In this document: positions 1-9,199 of the stretch, one piece after another
Layout: every line of letters starts with the position of its first letter
Position numbering within the stretch: position 1 is the stretch's first letter
Source: Candidatus Multivoradales bacterium
GTDB lineage: Bacteria > Acidobacteriota > Thermoanaerobaculia > Multivoradales > JAHEKO01
Direction: 5' to 3'
Assembly (NCBI GenBank): GCA_965248055.1
Contig: CBDFIJ010000004.1
Coordinates: 1,792,001 to 1,856,000 of the forward strand
DNA length: 64,000 bases
Translations under genes and position numbers: made by a program
The notes under the pieces: generated by a model
The model's database searches: none
What the model was told of the DNA's origin: nothing
What the model saw: only the letters and a program-made list of their open reading frames with translations

Positions 1-69
1 AGCTGGAGCGGTGAGACAAATCGAGCAGCTAGCGCCTAACTCGACCCTGAAATCTGAGGAAGAGGAAGA

Positions 70-2268
70 ATGGATCTCGCAACTTGGGCATTGTTGACCG
101 CACTCGCGGCGAGCTCTGGCGCCACAGGAGAAGCCCCAGAGGCTCCCGTCGAGGAATCGATCGGAGAGGTACACGCTGTCTTTGACAACTTGACGGTGGT
201 CGGCAGTGCCGAGACAGCGGGCGGCTCCGCCCATGTCATCGGGCAAGCCCAGTTGGAGGTACACAACTACAACGACGTTCACCGAGTGCTGCGGCAGGTT
301 CCTGGAGTCAACATTCAAGAAGAAGATGGATTTGGTCTTCGACCCAACATTGGTATTCGAGGAACCGGCGTCGAACGGTCGCAAAAAATCACGTTGATGG
401 AGGACGGTGTCCTGATCGCCCCGGCGCCCTATGCAGCACCGGCCGCTTACTACTCTCCGACGGTCGGGCGGATGGAGAGCCTCGAGGTACGCAAAGGCAC
501 CAGCGCCGTGCGGCAGGGTCCACACACAACCGGGGGGGTGATCAATTATCGTTCGACCAGTATCCCGGAGTCGTTTTCTGGAAAAGCGGAGCTAGCACTC
601 GGAACCGATGGTCTGCTCCGAACCCACGCCTATGCGGGCGACAGCAACCAGCGGCTTGGCTGGCTGGTCGAGGGATATCAACTATCCAGCGATGGCTTCA
701 AGCAGCTCGATACCGCCGACAGTACCGGGTTTGACCTGACCGATCTGGTTGCCAAGTTTCGTCTCTCTTCTCGATCCGATGCCAAGATCTATCAAGCGGC
801 TGAACTCAAGCTGGGCTGGAATCAGCAAGACGGAGCCGAGACCTATCTCGGTCTTACCGCCGAAGACTTTGAACGCACTCCGTATCGGCGTTACGCCGGT
901 TCGTCGGCCGATCGCATCGACACGGAACACAATCAGTTTCAGCTATCGTATTTCGCTCAGCTCTCGCCTCGTTTCGACCTAACCGCGGTCGTCTATAACA
1001 ATGAATTTTCGCGCAACTGGCACAAGTTGCAGTCGGTAAATGGACTTGGATTGAATGCCGTCTTGAACGATCCGCAGAACCACTCGGCGGAGATTTCCGT
1101 TCTTCGTGGAGATCTCAACGCGGTCGACAGTCTCTCGGTACGCAACAACCGGCGCGACTACTTCTCGCGCGGCGTGAGCGCATCGCTAGGAGCACACGTT
1201 GACGGACGGATTCGCCACGACCTGGAAGTTGGCGTACGAGTGCATCGCGATGAAGAGGATCGTTTTCAAGAGGAAGACCTCTACAACATGAGCTTTGGAC
1301 AACCCTTGTTGTCTTCACTGGGGGCCCCCGGGAGTCAGTCCAACCGAGTTGCCTCCGCCAACGCAATCGCGGTTTTTTTTGAAGATAGCTTTTCTTTTGG
1401 AAAATGGACCGTAACGCCAGGAGCCCGCTACGAGGTCATCGATCTGGAGCGCCAGGACTATGGACGATCCGATCCCGTTAGAGGAAGTGAGCCAAGGTCG
1501 ACGACCAATCGGGTCCGCCAACTGGTTCCCGGAGTCCGGGTGCAACACGTAGTCAATGAACGCAATTTGTGGTTCGCCGGCCTCTACCAAGGTTTCTCTC
1601 CGCCAACCCCGGGATCGAACGAACGGGTCGAGCCCGAGGAAAGCGACAACATTGAAATCGGCTGGCGCTATTCCGGACGCAAGCTAGCGGCCGAAGTCAC
1701 CGGTTTCTACTCAAACTATGGCAACCTGCTTGGCACCGACACGCTCTCAAGCGGTGGTGATGGCACCGGCAACCAGTTCAACGGCGGCAGTGCCTTGGTG
1801 CAAGGACTGGAAGCCGCCGCGACGTGGGAACTGCGACCTTCCCAGTCGGCGCAAGTGCCTCTTCGCTTGGTCTATACCTACACCGACACGGAGTTTCTCT
1901 CCAGTTTTGAAACCAACTTTGCCGACTGGGCGCCTCAAGTGGAACGTGGAGACGAACTCCCGTATGTGCCCAAGCATCAACTGACCCTGGGGGCTACCTG
2001 GAATAGCCCACGTTGGTCGGTTGGCATCGACGGTAACTTGAACGGGGCGATGCGTACCCTTGCTGGCGCTGGCGCAATCCCGTCTGACAGTGGGATCCCC
2101 AGTCGTTGGACCTGGGATCTGGCGATCGAGCGCGACCTGAGCTCTTACCGTCTGTTTCTCCAGGTGCGCAACCTAACCGATAACACCTATTTGGTGGCGC
2201 GGCGACCCGCCGGACTCCGCCCGGGGATGCCAAGAACCGTGGTGGTCGGAGTAAAGGTCGACTTCTAG
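70..2268 (+). CDS. TonB-dependent receptor, FecA-like
   Basis: Signal peptide, plug motifs (LRQVPGV, NIGIRG, LMEDGV, EVRKG), VRNLTD near the C-terminus, terminal Phe; purine-rich RBS upstream. Confidence 0.92.
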   Translation: MDLATWALLTALAASSGATGEAPEAPVEESIGEVHAVFDNLTVVGSAETAGGSAHVIGQAQLEVHNYNDVHRVLRQVPGVNIQEEDGFGLRPNIGIRGTGVERSQKITLMEDGVLIAPAPYAAPAAYYSPTVGRMESLEVRKGTSAVRQGPHTTGGVINYRSTSIPESFSGKAELALGTDGLLRTHAYAGDSNQRLGWLVEGYQLSSDGFKQLDTADSTGFDLTDLVAKFRLSSRSDAKIYQAAELKLGWNQQDGAETYLGLTAEDFERTPYRRYAGSSADRIDTEHNQFQLSYFAQLSPRFDLTAVVYNNEFSRNWHKLQSVNGLGLNAVLNDPQNHSAEISVLRGDLNAVDSLSVRNNRRDYFSRGVSASLGAHVDGRIRHDLEVGVRVHRDEEDRFQEEDLYNMSFGQPLLSSLGAPGSQSNRVASANAIAVFFEDSFSFGKWTVTPGARYEVIDLERQDYGRSDPVRGSEPRSTTNRVRQLVPGVRVQHVVNERNLWFAGLYQGFSPPTPGSNERVEPEESDNIEIGWRYSGRKLAAEVTGFYSNYGNLLGTDTLSSGGDGTGNQFNGGSALVQGLEAAATWELRPSQSAQVPLRLVYTYTDTEFLSSFETNFADWAPQVERGDELPYVPKHQLTLGATWNSPRWSVGIDGNLNGAMRTLAGAGAIPSDSGIPSRWTWDLAIERDLSSYRLFLQVRNLTDNTYLVARRPAGLRPGMPRTVVVGVKVDF
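2108..2268 (+). repeat. 161-bp direct repeat, copy 1 (3' end of the TBDR gene)
   Basis: Matches 4159..4319 with about 7 substitutions by manual alignment. Confidence 0.95.
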
Positions 2269-2375
2269 CGCCGCTCCCCACTTGTCCTGGGACGCCGGCT
2301 CAAGCTGGTTGTGGCAAGATGCCAATTCTTCAGCAACCGGCTTGAAGAGACTGCCGATTCCTCGGGATCGCGATT

Positions 2376-3986
2376 ATGACGAAGAGTCCATCAAAACCCC
2401 GCAAGAGAGCCCCCTATTGGTTGGCAGTGTTCGGCCTGGCGCCAATCTTATTTGCGCCCGTTCCAGCTTTTTTGCGATACCACGGCTGGTCTGTCCTCAC
2501 CATAGATGGACTTGTCCTGGGTCTCATCTGTTTCGCAACTGCCGCATTTTTGTTTCTTATACCTGGCACTCGACGACGCCTATCGTTGAGCGGTGTTTAC
2601 GCTCTCGCGACTCTCTTTTTTTTCGACTTCCAGTTTCAAGCTCTTACCGGTTGGATCACTCTTGCCGGAGCCTTCGGCCTTGTTTTCACAGTCTGTTTCG
2701 GGCTGTTTGAAAAACTTCCGCAATTGACCACCTTTGTCTTCGGCTTGATGAGTCTTTTGGCTTTGTTCTCAGTTCCTAATAGTGACCATCGCGCTGTCGC
2801 TGGGGACCCAAACCTGCCACCGATCGTTTACTTGATCGTCGATGAGCACCTCGGAGTTGGCGGAATTCCAGCACTGGGTCGAGGTCCGGAAATCCAAGAA
2901 ATGTTGCGCGATGCGTACATCCAACGGGGATTTAGGATCTACGAAAATGCATACTCTCTCCACGATATGACCCAACACTCCATTGCCTCCATCCTCAACG
3001 GCTCGGACCGATCCGACGGGTTGGTTGAACCGGGACAGACCTCGAAGTGGAAGGTGACGAAGTCCCGTTTATTGAAACGTTGGGCCGACCAGGGTTACCG
3101 GATCAATGTCTACCAATCAGACGCGCTCAACCTTTGCGATCTGCGAGAGGTAGAAATCGATTCCTGCTACACCTACAGCGTTTGGAGCCTGACCGGAATC
3201 CTGGAAGGCTTGCCGTGGTATTCCCGGGAGCGGACCACTAGTGTCCTGTTGGCGATGGCGAACAGATCGCAGATCTTCTCCAAAGCGCGTAGTCAATATA
3301 ACAAGTTCGCGGAGCGTTCTCCGTCACTACCCGAGTGGCCCATTCGTGCTCGACCCCCAGGACCTCTGGCGATTCTTTCAGCCACCAAGGCCCTCCGCCA
3401 AGACTTGGCAAGGCAACCTAGGGGCCATGTCTTTCTTGCTCACTTGCTCCATCCACACTTTCCTTATGTCTACAACCAAGACTGCAGTGTTAAGCCAAAA
3501 GACGAATGGACTGCGCCGAAATGGAACAGGAAGGGCCGGATGCGTGACATGCGCAAAATTAGAGAAGATAACTACCCTGCTTACTTCGATCAGTTGGAGT
3601 GCGCCACGGTGATGGTAAACAAGTTGATTGATGAGATCGGAGAGCAGCCGGAGTTCCACGACGCAACGTTGATCGTTCATGGCGACCATGGCTCCCGTAT
3701 TTGGGTCAAAAAACCACTCACCTATAACAGACCAAGCGAACAAGACCTTATCGATAGCTTTTCCACCCACTTGGCGATCCGGGGCCCAGGCGTTACGCCT
3801 GGCGCCAACCTTCAGCCGGTGTCTGTCAACCAGGCAATCGCCAAGCACTGGGGTCTTCCTCTAAGACTTGAAGATAAGCCCGGGCTGTACGCAAGGCCGA
3901 ACCGGAACCAGTTTCCAAGACCCAAGCTTGCTCTACCAGAAATCTGGCGTGACTCAATCACCGATACAATGGATCAGCCAGACTAA
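2376..3986 (+). CDS. Membrane-anchored alkaline-phosphatase-superfamily (sulfatase-like/LtaS-type, NoeB-like) protein, paralog 1
   Basis: About 5 N-terminal TM helices, then PPIVYLIVDEH, YSLHDMTQHS (candidate Thr nucleophile), HLLHPHFPY, HGDHG. Confidence 0.85.
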   Translation: MTKSPSKPRKRAPYWLAVFGLAPILFAPVPAFLRYHGWSVLTIDGLVLGLICFATAAFLFLIPGTRRRLSLSGVYALATLFFFDFQFQALTGWITLAGAFGLVFTVCFGLFEKLPQLTTFVFGLMSLLALFSVPNSDHRAVAGDPNLPPIVYLIVDEHLGVGGIPALGRGPEIQEMLRDAYIQRGFRIYENAYSLHDMTQHSIASILNGSDRSDGLVEPGQTSKWKVTKSRLLKRWADQGYRINVYQSDALNLCDLREVEIDSCYTYSVWSLTGILEGLPWYSRERTTSVLLAMANRSQIFSKARSQYNKFAERSPSLPEWPIRARPPGPLAILSATKALRQDLARQPRGHVFLAHLLHPHFPYVYNQDCSVKPKDEWTAPKWNRKGRMRDMRKIREDNYPAYFDQLECATVMVNKLIDEIGEQPEFHDATLIVHGDHGSRIWVKKPLTYNRPSEQDLIDSFSTHLAIRGPGVTPGANLQPVSVNQAIAKHWGLPLRLEDKPGLYARPNRNQFPRPKLALPEIWRDSITDTMDQPD

Positions 3987-4043
3987 GACGCCGCGTCGGC
4001 TGGACGCTAACGCACTCCAAAGAAACTCCCGACTAAGAGAATC

Positions 4044-4241
4044 ATGATGAGATTCGACACCTCAAGAAACACTGCGTTTGTGATCGCAGCAGTGCTGACC
4101 ATCTGCTTGTTAATTCCGACGCCAAGCTACGCATATCTAGGCCCTGGCACCGGAGGTAGGACCTGGGATCTGGCGATCGAGCGCGACCTGAGCTCTTACC
4201 GTCTATTTCTCCAGGTGCGCAACCTAACCGATAACACCTAG
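4044..4241 (+). pseudogene. Chimera: 5' half of a YLxPGTGG micropeptide gene fused to the duplicated TBDR tail
   Basis: Signal peptide + AYLGPGTGG up to 4158, then the TBDR repeat with a TAT>TAG stop at 4239..4241; 4131..4158 matches 6154..6181 at 27/28 nt. Confidence 0.85.
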
Positions 4242-4319
4242 TTGGTAGCGCGGCGACCCGCCGGACTCTGCCCTGGGATGCCAAGAACCGTGGTGGCCGG
4301 AGCAAAGGTCGACTTCTAG
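4159..4319 (+). repeat. 161-bp direct repeat, copy 2 (degenerate TBDR tail)
   Basis: Near-identical to 2108..2268; contains a nonsense change. Confidence 0.95.
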
Positions 4320-4419
4320 ACGCCTGCAAGCGATTGTCGCGAAGCGATCCGTATCTGTGGCAAAATCGAGCGGTTCGGATATTTTGAATAGGGACGCCCC
4401 CGTCCTTGGGATCGCGATT

Positions 4420-6048
4420 ATGACGAAAATGCCATCAATGGCCATAAGGCAGGCACCCTTTAGGTTGGCAGTCGTTGGCCTAGCGCTGATTCTCTTTGCC
4501 CCGATTCCAGCCTTTCTGAGGCATCAAGAGTGGTCCGCGATCAATATCGACGGGGCCATCCTAGGACTACTTTGTCTCGCGATAGCCACACTGGTATTTC
4601 TTATCCCTGGAAGTCGGGGGCGAATCGGATTGAGCACTATCTATGCTCTAGCCATTCTCTGGTTCGTAGATTTTCAATTCCAAATGTTTTCGAGTTGGAT
4701 AGCCTTCGCTGCAGGGTCTGTCGTTGCTTTCGCAGTCTGCGTTGCCCTGTTTGAAAAGCTATCGGAACTAGCAACATTCGTCTTCGGCTTGATGATTCTT
4801 CTGTCATTGATTCCTGTGCGCAGCCGTGACCGCGAGGTAGGCGTAAGCGATCAACGGCTCCCACCGATTGTCTATTTAATCCTTGACGAACACATTGGGG
4901 TTGCAGGTGTTCCCGCTATCGAGCGTGGCCCCGAGATTCAAGAATTATTGCGTCGCGAGTACCTCCAGCGCGGGTTTCGAATCTACGAGAACGCGTATTC
5001 ACTACACGACTTCACTCACCATTCGCTCGCTTCGGTTCTCAACGCCAGTGACCGCAGCGATGGTTTCCTTCTGCCAGGAAAAAAAACCTGGCAGTGGGGA
5101 GTCCGCAAATCTAGTGTGTTGAGACACTGGGTAGATCAAGGATACCGCCTCCGAATCTATCAATCAGACTGGCTGGATCTATGTAACTTGGAGGGAATCA
5201 AAGTGGAATCTTGCTTCACCTACAGTGCCTGGAGTATTAGCAATCTGGTGGAATATCCGTGGAATTCGGTTGAACGAACTAGTGGGATTCTTGTCGTCAT
5301 AGCGAATCGCTCACAAATTCTTCTTAAGATTCGCGGTTGGTATGACAGCCTTTCCAAGCAGGGTTTTGGAGGCTTGAACCTTCCAATGTGGCCGGTACGA
5401 GCTAGCCGACCGGGTGCCTTGGTCGTCCGTTCCGCGACCAAGGTATTGCAACACGATCTTGAGTCCAATCCGCGGGGAACCGTTTTTCTCGCTCACCTGC
5501 TACATCCTCATTCTCCTTATGTATATGACGCCAACTGTGGGGTAAAGCCCAAAGGTGATTGGGCGGCACCATCGCTAGATCGAAAAGGTAAGGTAAGGGC
5601 TCTGCGGGAGAGCCGGACGACTCACTATCGTGATTACTTCGATCAGCTCGAGTGTCTAACCACCCAGATAGGAGAGCTAATTGATGCGATTGGTGAAAGT
5701 ACCGAGTTGAGAGATGCGACTGTTCTAATCCACGGTGATCATGGGTCTCGTCTTTGGGTCAAACCACCGCGTACCTACAACAAGCCTACTGAAAGAGACT
5801 TGTTGGATACTTTCTCAACTTTTCTTGCTGTTCGCGGCCCAATGATCCAGCCCGAACTCAATATTGAACCTGTACCCGTAAATCAAATTGTCGCCGAACT
5901 CGCGGAGGTTCCGTTTGTTCTTCATGACGGTCCCGCGCCATACTCACGACCGAACTACTATGATCCTCCTCGTCACAAGTTGCCCCTTCCGTCGATCTGG
6001 CGGACATCGAACAACACACCTAAGGTCCGTCCGAAAACCCTCAACTAG
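4420..6048 (+). CDS. Membrane-anchored alkaline-phosphatase-superfamily (NoeB-like) protein, paralog 2
   Basis: Same motifs (YLILDEH, YSLHDFTHHS, HLLHPHSPY, HGDHG); start placed at ATG 4420 because GGGATCGCGATTATGACGAA is shared with the paralog 1 start. Confidence 0.85.
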   Translation: MTKMPSMAIRQAPFRLAVVGLALILFAPIPAFLRHQEWSAINIDGAILGLLCLAIATLVFLIPGSRGRIGLSTIYALAILWFVDFQFQMFSSWIAFAAGSVVAFAVCVALFEKLSELATFVFGLMILLSLIPVRSRDREVGVSDQRLPPIVYLILDEHIGVAGVPAIERGPEIQELLRREYLQRGFRIYENAYSLHDFTHHSLASVLNASDRSDGFLLPGKKTWQWGVRKSSVLRHWVDQGYRLRIYQSDWLDLCNLEGIKVESCFTYSAWSISNLVEYPWNSVERTSGILVVIANRSQILLKIRGWYDSLSKQGFGGLNLPMWPVRASRPGALVVRSATKVLQHDLESNPRGTVFLAHLLHPHSPYVYDANCGVKPKGDWAAPSLDRKGKVRALRESRTTHYRDYFDQLECLTTQIGELIDAIGESTELRDATVLIHGDHGSRLWVKPPRTYNKPTERDLLDTFSTFLAVRGPMIQPELNIEPVPVNQIVAELAEVPFVLHDGPAPYSRPNYYDPPRHKLPLPSIWRTSNNTPKVRPKTLN

Positions 6049-6066
6049 CAATCGCAGGAGAATAAA

Positions 6067-6312
6067 ATGACGTCCTTCAGCTCAAGGAATATGACAGCCC
6101 CAACCTTGGTAGCAGTTGCCCTGTGTCTACTACTATCCCCTACCCCTGGGCATGCATATCTAGACCCTGGCACCGGAGGTATGGCGATTCAGGCGTTGAT
6201 CGCCATCCTCGCCGGAACCTGGCTCGCCATCCGGCTTTTTTGGTCGAGAATCGTTAGATTTTTCAAGCCAAAAGGATCTGATTCGGCATCGCCAGATTCA
6301 GAATCATCGTAG
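6067..6312 (+). CDS. Small membrane protein: signal peptide + YLDPGTGG + TM helix + basic/Ser-rich tail
   Basis: AGGAG RBS; hydrophobic leader ending PGHA; motif conserved in the truncated paralog at 4044. Confidence 0.85.
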   Translation: MTSFSSRNMTAPTLVAVALCLLLSPTPGHAYLDPGTGGMAIQALIAILAGTWLAIRLFWSRIVRFFKPKGSDSASPDSESS

Positions 6313-6355
6313 CGGAAGACTCTGGTTTTCAAGCCTTTCTTGATTCTCTTCCTCA

Positions 6356-7753
6356 ATGTATAACCCTGTGGAAACTGGCCTCCCTGAAGCTGAAGGGGGA
6401 TCGTTTCGCGACCCTCGCGGCCACGTTCATATTGCCAACGGGCGGGTTTTTCGCACCATCTCTCCAGCCGCTTTGGACGACTTCCGTATGGTTGTCGAAT
6501 CCGGAGTGGTCGCCAAGCTCGAAGAGTCTGGCGATCTGGTACCGACCTGGGAGACGGATCAAGCAACCCCGAACACTACCGGTGACGCCAGTGTGGTCGT
6601 TGAGCATCCCTGCTTACCACTCATCAGCTACCCCTACGAATGGCCTTTTCAGCTGCTCAAACGAGCCGCATTGTTTCATCTCGACTTTCATCTCAAGTGC
6701 TTGGAGCACCGGGTGACCCTGACCGATGCGACGGCCTACAACGTCCAGTTTGTCGGGGTACGACCCGTTTTCATCGATCGCTTAGCTCTCAAACCCTATT
6801 TCGAGGGCGAGTACTGGGCTGGGTATCGTCAGTTTTGCGAGCAGTTTCTCAATCCGCTGCTCCTGTCGTCTTTTCACGGAATCCCAATCCATCAGTGGTA
6901 TCGGGGCTCGATTGAGGGAATCTCTGCTCGTGATACCGCCACCCTACTTCCACTGAAACGACGACTATCTCCTCGAGCTTGGATGCACGTGACACTTCAG
7001 GCCCGCCTCAATCGCGAACAGACTGCCCAAGTCTCCGACCGGGTCATCAAGCAACGCCCCTTGCCGCTCCCCGCTCTTCAGAGCATGCTACGGAGCTTCC
7101 ACAAGTGGATCTCCCGATTGCAACCTCCTCAACGACCCACCGTTTGGGCAGACTACGACTCCACCCACGGATATACCGATACCGAGCAAGAGAAGAAAGC
7201 TAAAGCGATCGCGCGGTTTATCGAGGGCCACAAGCCAACAACCGTTTGGGACCTGGGTTGCAATACCGGGTTTTACTCGCAGATCGCATTGCAGCACGGA
7301 ACGTCCTCAGTGATCGGACTGGACCTGGATGAAGGGGCCTTGGGAGGGGCTTTTGATCGCGCTCAATCCGAAAACCTAACCCTGACACCTTTGTTGTTCG
7401 ACGCCGCCAACCCAACCCCGGCACAAGGATGGCGTCTGCGGGAGCGCAGCAGACTCGCTGAACGCTCAACCCCGGATGGCATTCTTGCCTTGGCAGTCCT
7501 GCACCATATGGTCTTAGGCCGCAATATCCCGCTACCGGAGGCGATCAAGTGGCTGGTGGGTCAAGCGAAGTGTGGCGTCATCGAGGCGGTACCCCGCACC
7601 GACCCACAAGTGAAGCGGATGATGGTCTTTCGAGACCATCATCATGAATATGGGGTTGAAGAGATACGCCAGGAGCTGGCAAGGCAAGCCACCGTCACAG
7701 AAACCGTCGTGGTATCGGAGTCAGGTCGAGAGTTGTTGTTTTTCAAGCGCTAG
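6356..7753 (+). CDS. NoeA-like protein: N-terminal kinase-like domain + C-terminal class I SAM methyltransferase
   Basis: GSFRDP, SYPYEW, DATAYN (DxxxxN), FID; then WDLGCNTG, GLDLD, ALAVLHH. Confidence 0.85.
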   Translation: MYNPVETGLPEAEGGSFRDPRGHVHIANGRVFRTISPAALDDFRMVVESGVVAKLEESGDLVPTWETDQATPNTTGDASVVVEHPCLPLISYPYEWPFQLLKRAALFHLDFHLKCLEHRVTLTDATAYNVQFVGVRPVFIDRLALKPYFEGEYWAGYRQFCEQFLNPLLLSSFHGIPIHQWYRGSIEGISARDTATLLPLKRRLSPRAWMHVTLQARLNREQTAQVSDRVIKQRPLPLPALQSMLRSFHKWISRLQPPQRPTVWADYDSTHGYTDTEQEKKAKAIARFIEGHKPTTVWDLGCNTGFYSQIALQHGTSSVIGLDLDEGALGGAFDRAQSENLTLTPLLFDAANPTPAQGWRLRERSRLAERSTPDGILALAVLHHMVLGRNIPLPEAIKWLVGQAKCGVIEAVPRTDPQVKRMMVFRDHHHEYGVEEIRQELARQATVTETVVVSESGRELLFFKR

Positions 7754-8979
7754 AATGCGGAGTCCACGACCACTTTGACAAATCGCCTCTTGCCCACCTT
7801 GACCACATAACCGGAGAGATTGTCTGGCAATTCAACCCGAGGGTCTTGGGCTCTTTCACCGTCGATCGACACCGCGCCCTGCTGAACCAACCGTTGAGCC
7901 TCTTTGTTGGAGGACGCCAGCCCCGCGAAGGTAAGTGCTTTAAACAGTTGCATCGGAACGATCGAGACCTGTGGAATGTCTTCCGGAATGCCTCCGTCGG
8001 AAAACACTTCGCCAAACTCTCGGGCCGCTTGGTCCGCCACCGAATCGCCATGCAGATCTGCAGTTAGCGTCTGCGCCAATTGACGCTTGGCGTCCATCGG
8101 ATGGAGATCGCCCTCGGAGACTCGATCCTTCAAGGCTTCAATCTCCACCTCTTGTAGATCGGTCAATAATAGCCACCAATCCCACATCTGCTGATCGGAG
8201 ATCGACATCGTCTTGCCATAGACCTCCGCCGGCGGGTCGGTCAACCCGATCGCATTGCCGAGACTCTTGGACATTTTGTCGACGCCGTCAGTGCCTACCA
8301 ACAGCGGCACAGTCAAGACCACTTGAGGTTCCATGCCTTCCTCTTTCATCAACTGACGACCTACCAGTAGATTGAAGATCTGGTCGTGACCGCCCAACTC
8401 AACGTCTGCTTTCATGGCAATCGAGTCGTAGCCTTGAACCAAGGGATAGAGCAACTCGTGGATACTGATCGGCTGGTTTGCCGCGAAACGAGTACGAAAG
8501 TCGTCACGCTCCATCATCCGCGCCAAGGTGTAGCGACCAGCGAGCCGAATCAGCCCTTCTGACCCCAACTCGTCGAGCCACCTGGAGTTGTAGTCAATCG
8601 TGGTTTGCTCTCGATCCAGAATGCGCACCACTTGCTCTTCATAGGTGCGGGCGTTGGTTAGCACCTCTTGGGCAGTGAGTTGAGGCCGGGTGGCCTTCTT
8701 GCCCGTCGGGTCGCCTATTCGTGCAGTGAAGTCGCCAACCAGAAAGACCACTGAGTGTCCTAAATCTTGGAAGTGCTTCATCTTGCGCAGCAAGACGGTG
8801 TGCCCGAGATGAAGATCAGCCGTTGAAGGATCAAAGCCAGCCTTGATCGTCAGCGGCTGGCCAGACTTGCGCGACGCCTCCAGCTTGCGCGCAAACTGCT
8901 CGGAATTAATCAGGTCAACCGAACCCCGACTGAGCAGGGCTAGCTGCTGCTCAACTGGAAGAAACTCCGAATTAGACAC
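7750..8979 (-). CDS. tyrS: Tyrosine--tRNA ligase
   Basis: GFDPS...HLGH, KMSKS, C-terminal S4 domain. Confidence 0.97.
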   Translation of the reverse strand: MSNSEFLPVEQQLALLSRGSVDLINSEQFARKLEASRKSGQPLTIKAGFDPSTADLHLGHTVLLRKMKHFQDLGHSVVFLVGDFTARIGDPTGKKATRPQLTAQEVLTNARTYEEQVVRILDREQTTIDYNSRWLDELGSEGLIRLAGRYTLARMMERDDFRTRFAANQPISIHELLYPLVQGYDSIAMKADVELGGHDQIFNLLVGRQLMKEEGMEPQVVLTVPLLVGTDGVDKMSKSLGNAIGLTDPPAEVYGKTMSISDQQMWDWWLLLTDLQEVEIEALKDRVSEGDLHPMDAKRQLAQTLTADLHGDSVADQAAREFGEVFSDGGIPEDIPQVSIVPMQLFKALTFAGLASSNKEAQRLVQQGAVSIDGERAQDPRVELPDNLSGYVVKVGKRRFVKVVVDSAF

Positions 8980-9199
8980 CGCAGGAGCTTAGCATCGGCC
9001 AAGCAAATCACTACCAAGAGGAACAGATACGTCGGCTACAGGTACGTGAACACCATTGGGATGTCGAGCCTAGATCCAGAGCCTGAGGTGCTGGGTCTAC
9101 GACGACTGTCGAGTGTGCTGACGATATTACCAAGCGAAGAGTCGGGACCGTTCGCGGGGACATTGATTAGCAGCGATAGCTCCTGAGGCAGAGGCAACG

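Noticed and set aside
4044-4241. 65-aa ORF as a novel functional protein, or TAG readthrough
   Set aside because: It is a junction chimera of the micropeptide and the TBDR tail; the TAG is a point change from TAT in the intact copy
2376-6048. Calling the paralogs true sulfatases
   Set aside because: No (C/S)xPxR formylglycine motif; a Thr occupies the candidate nucleophile position
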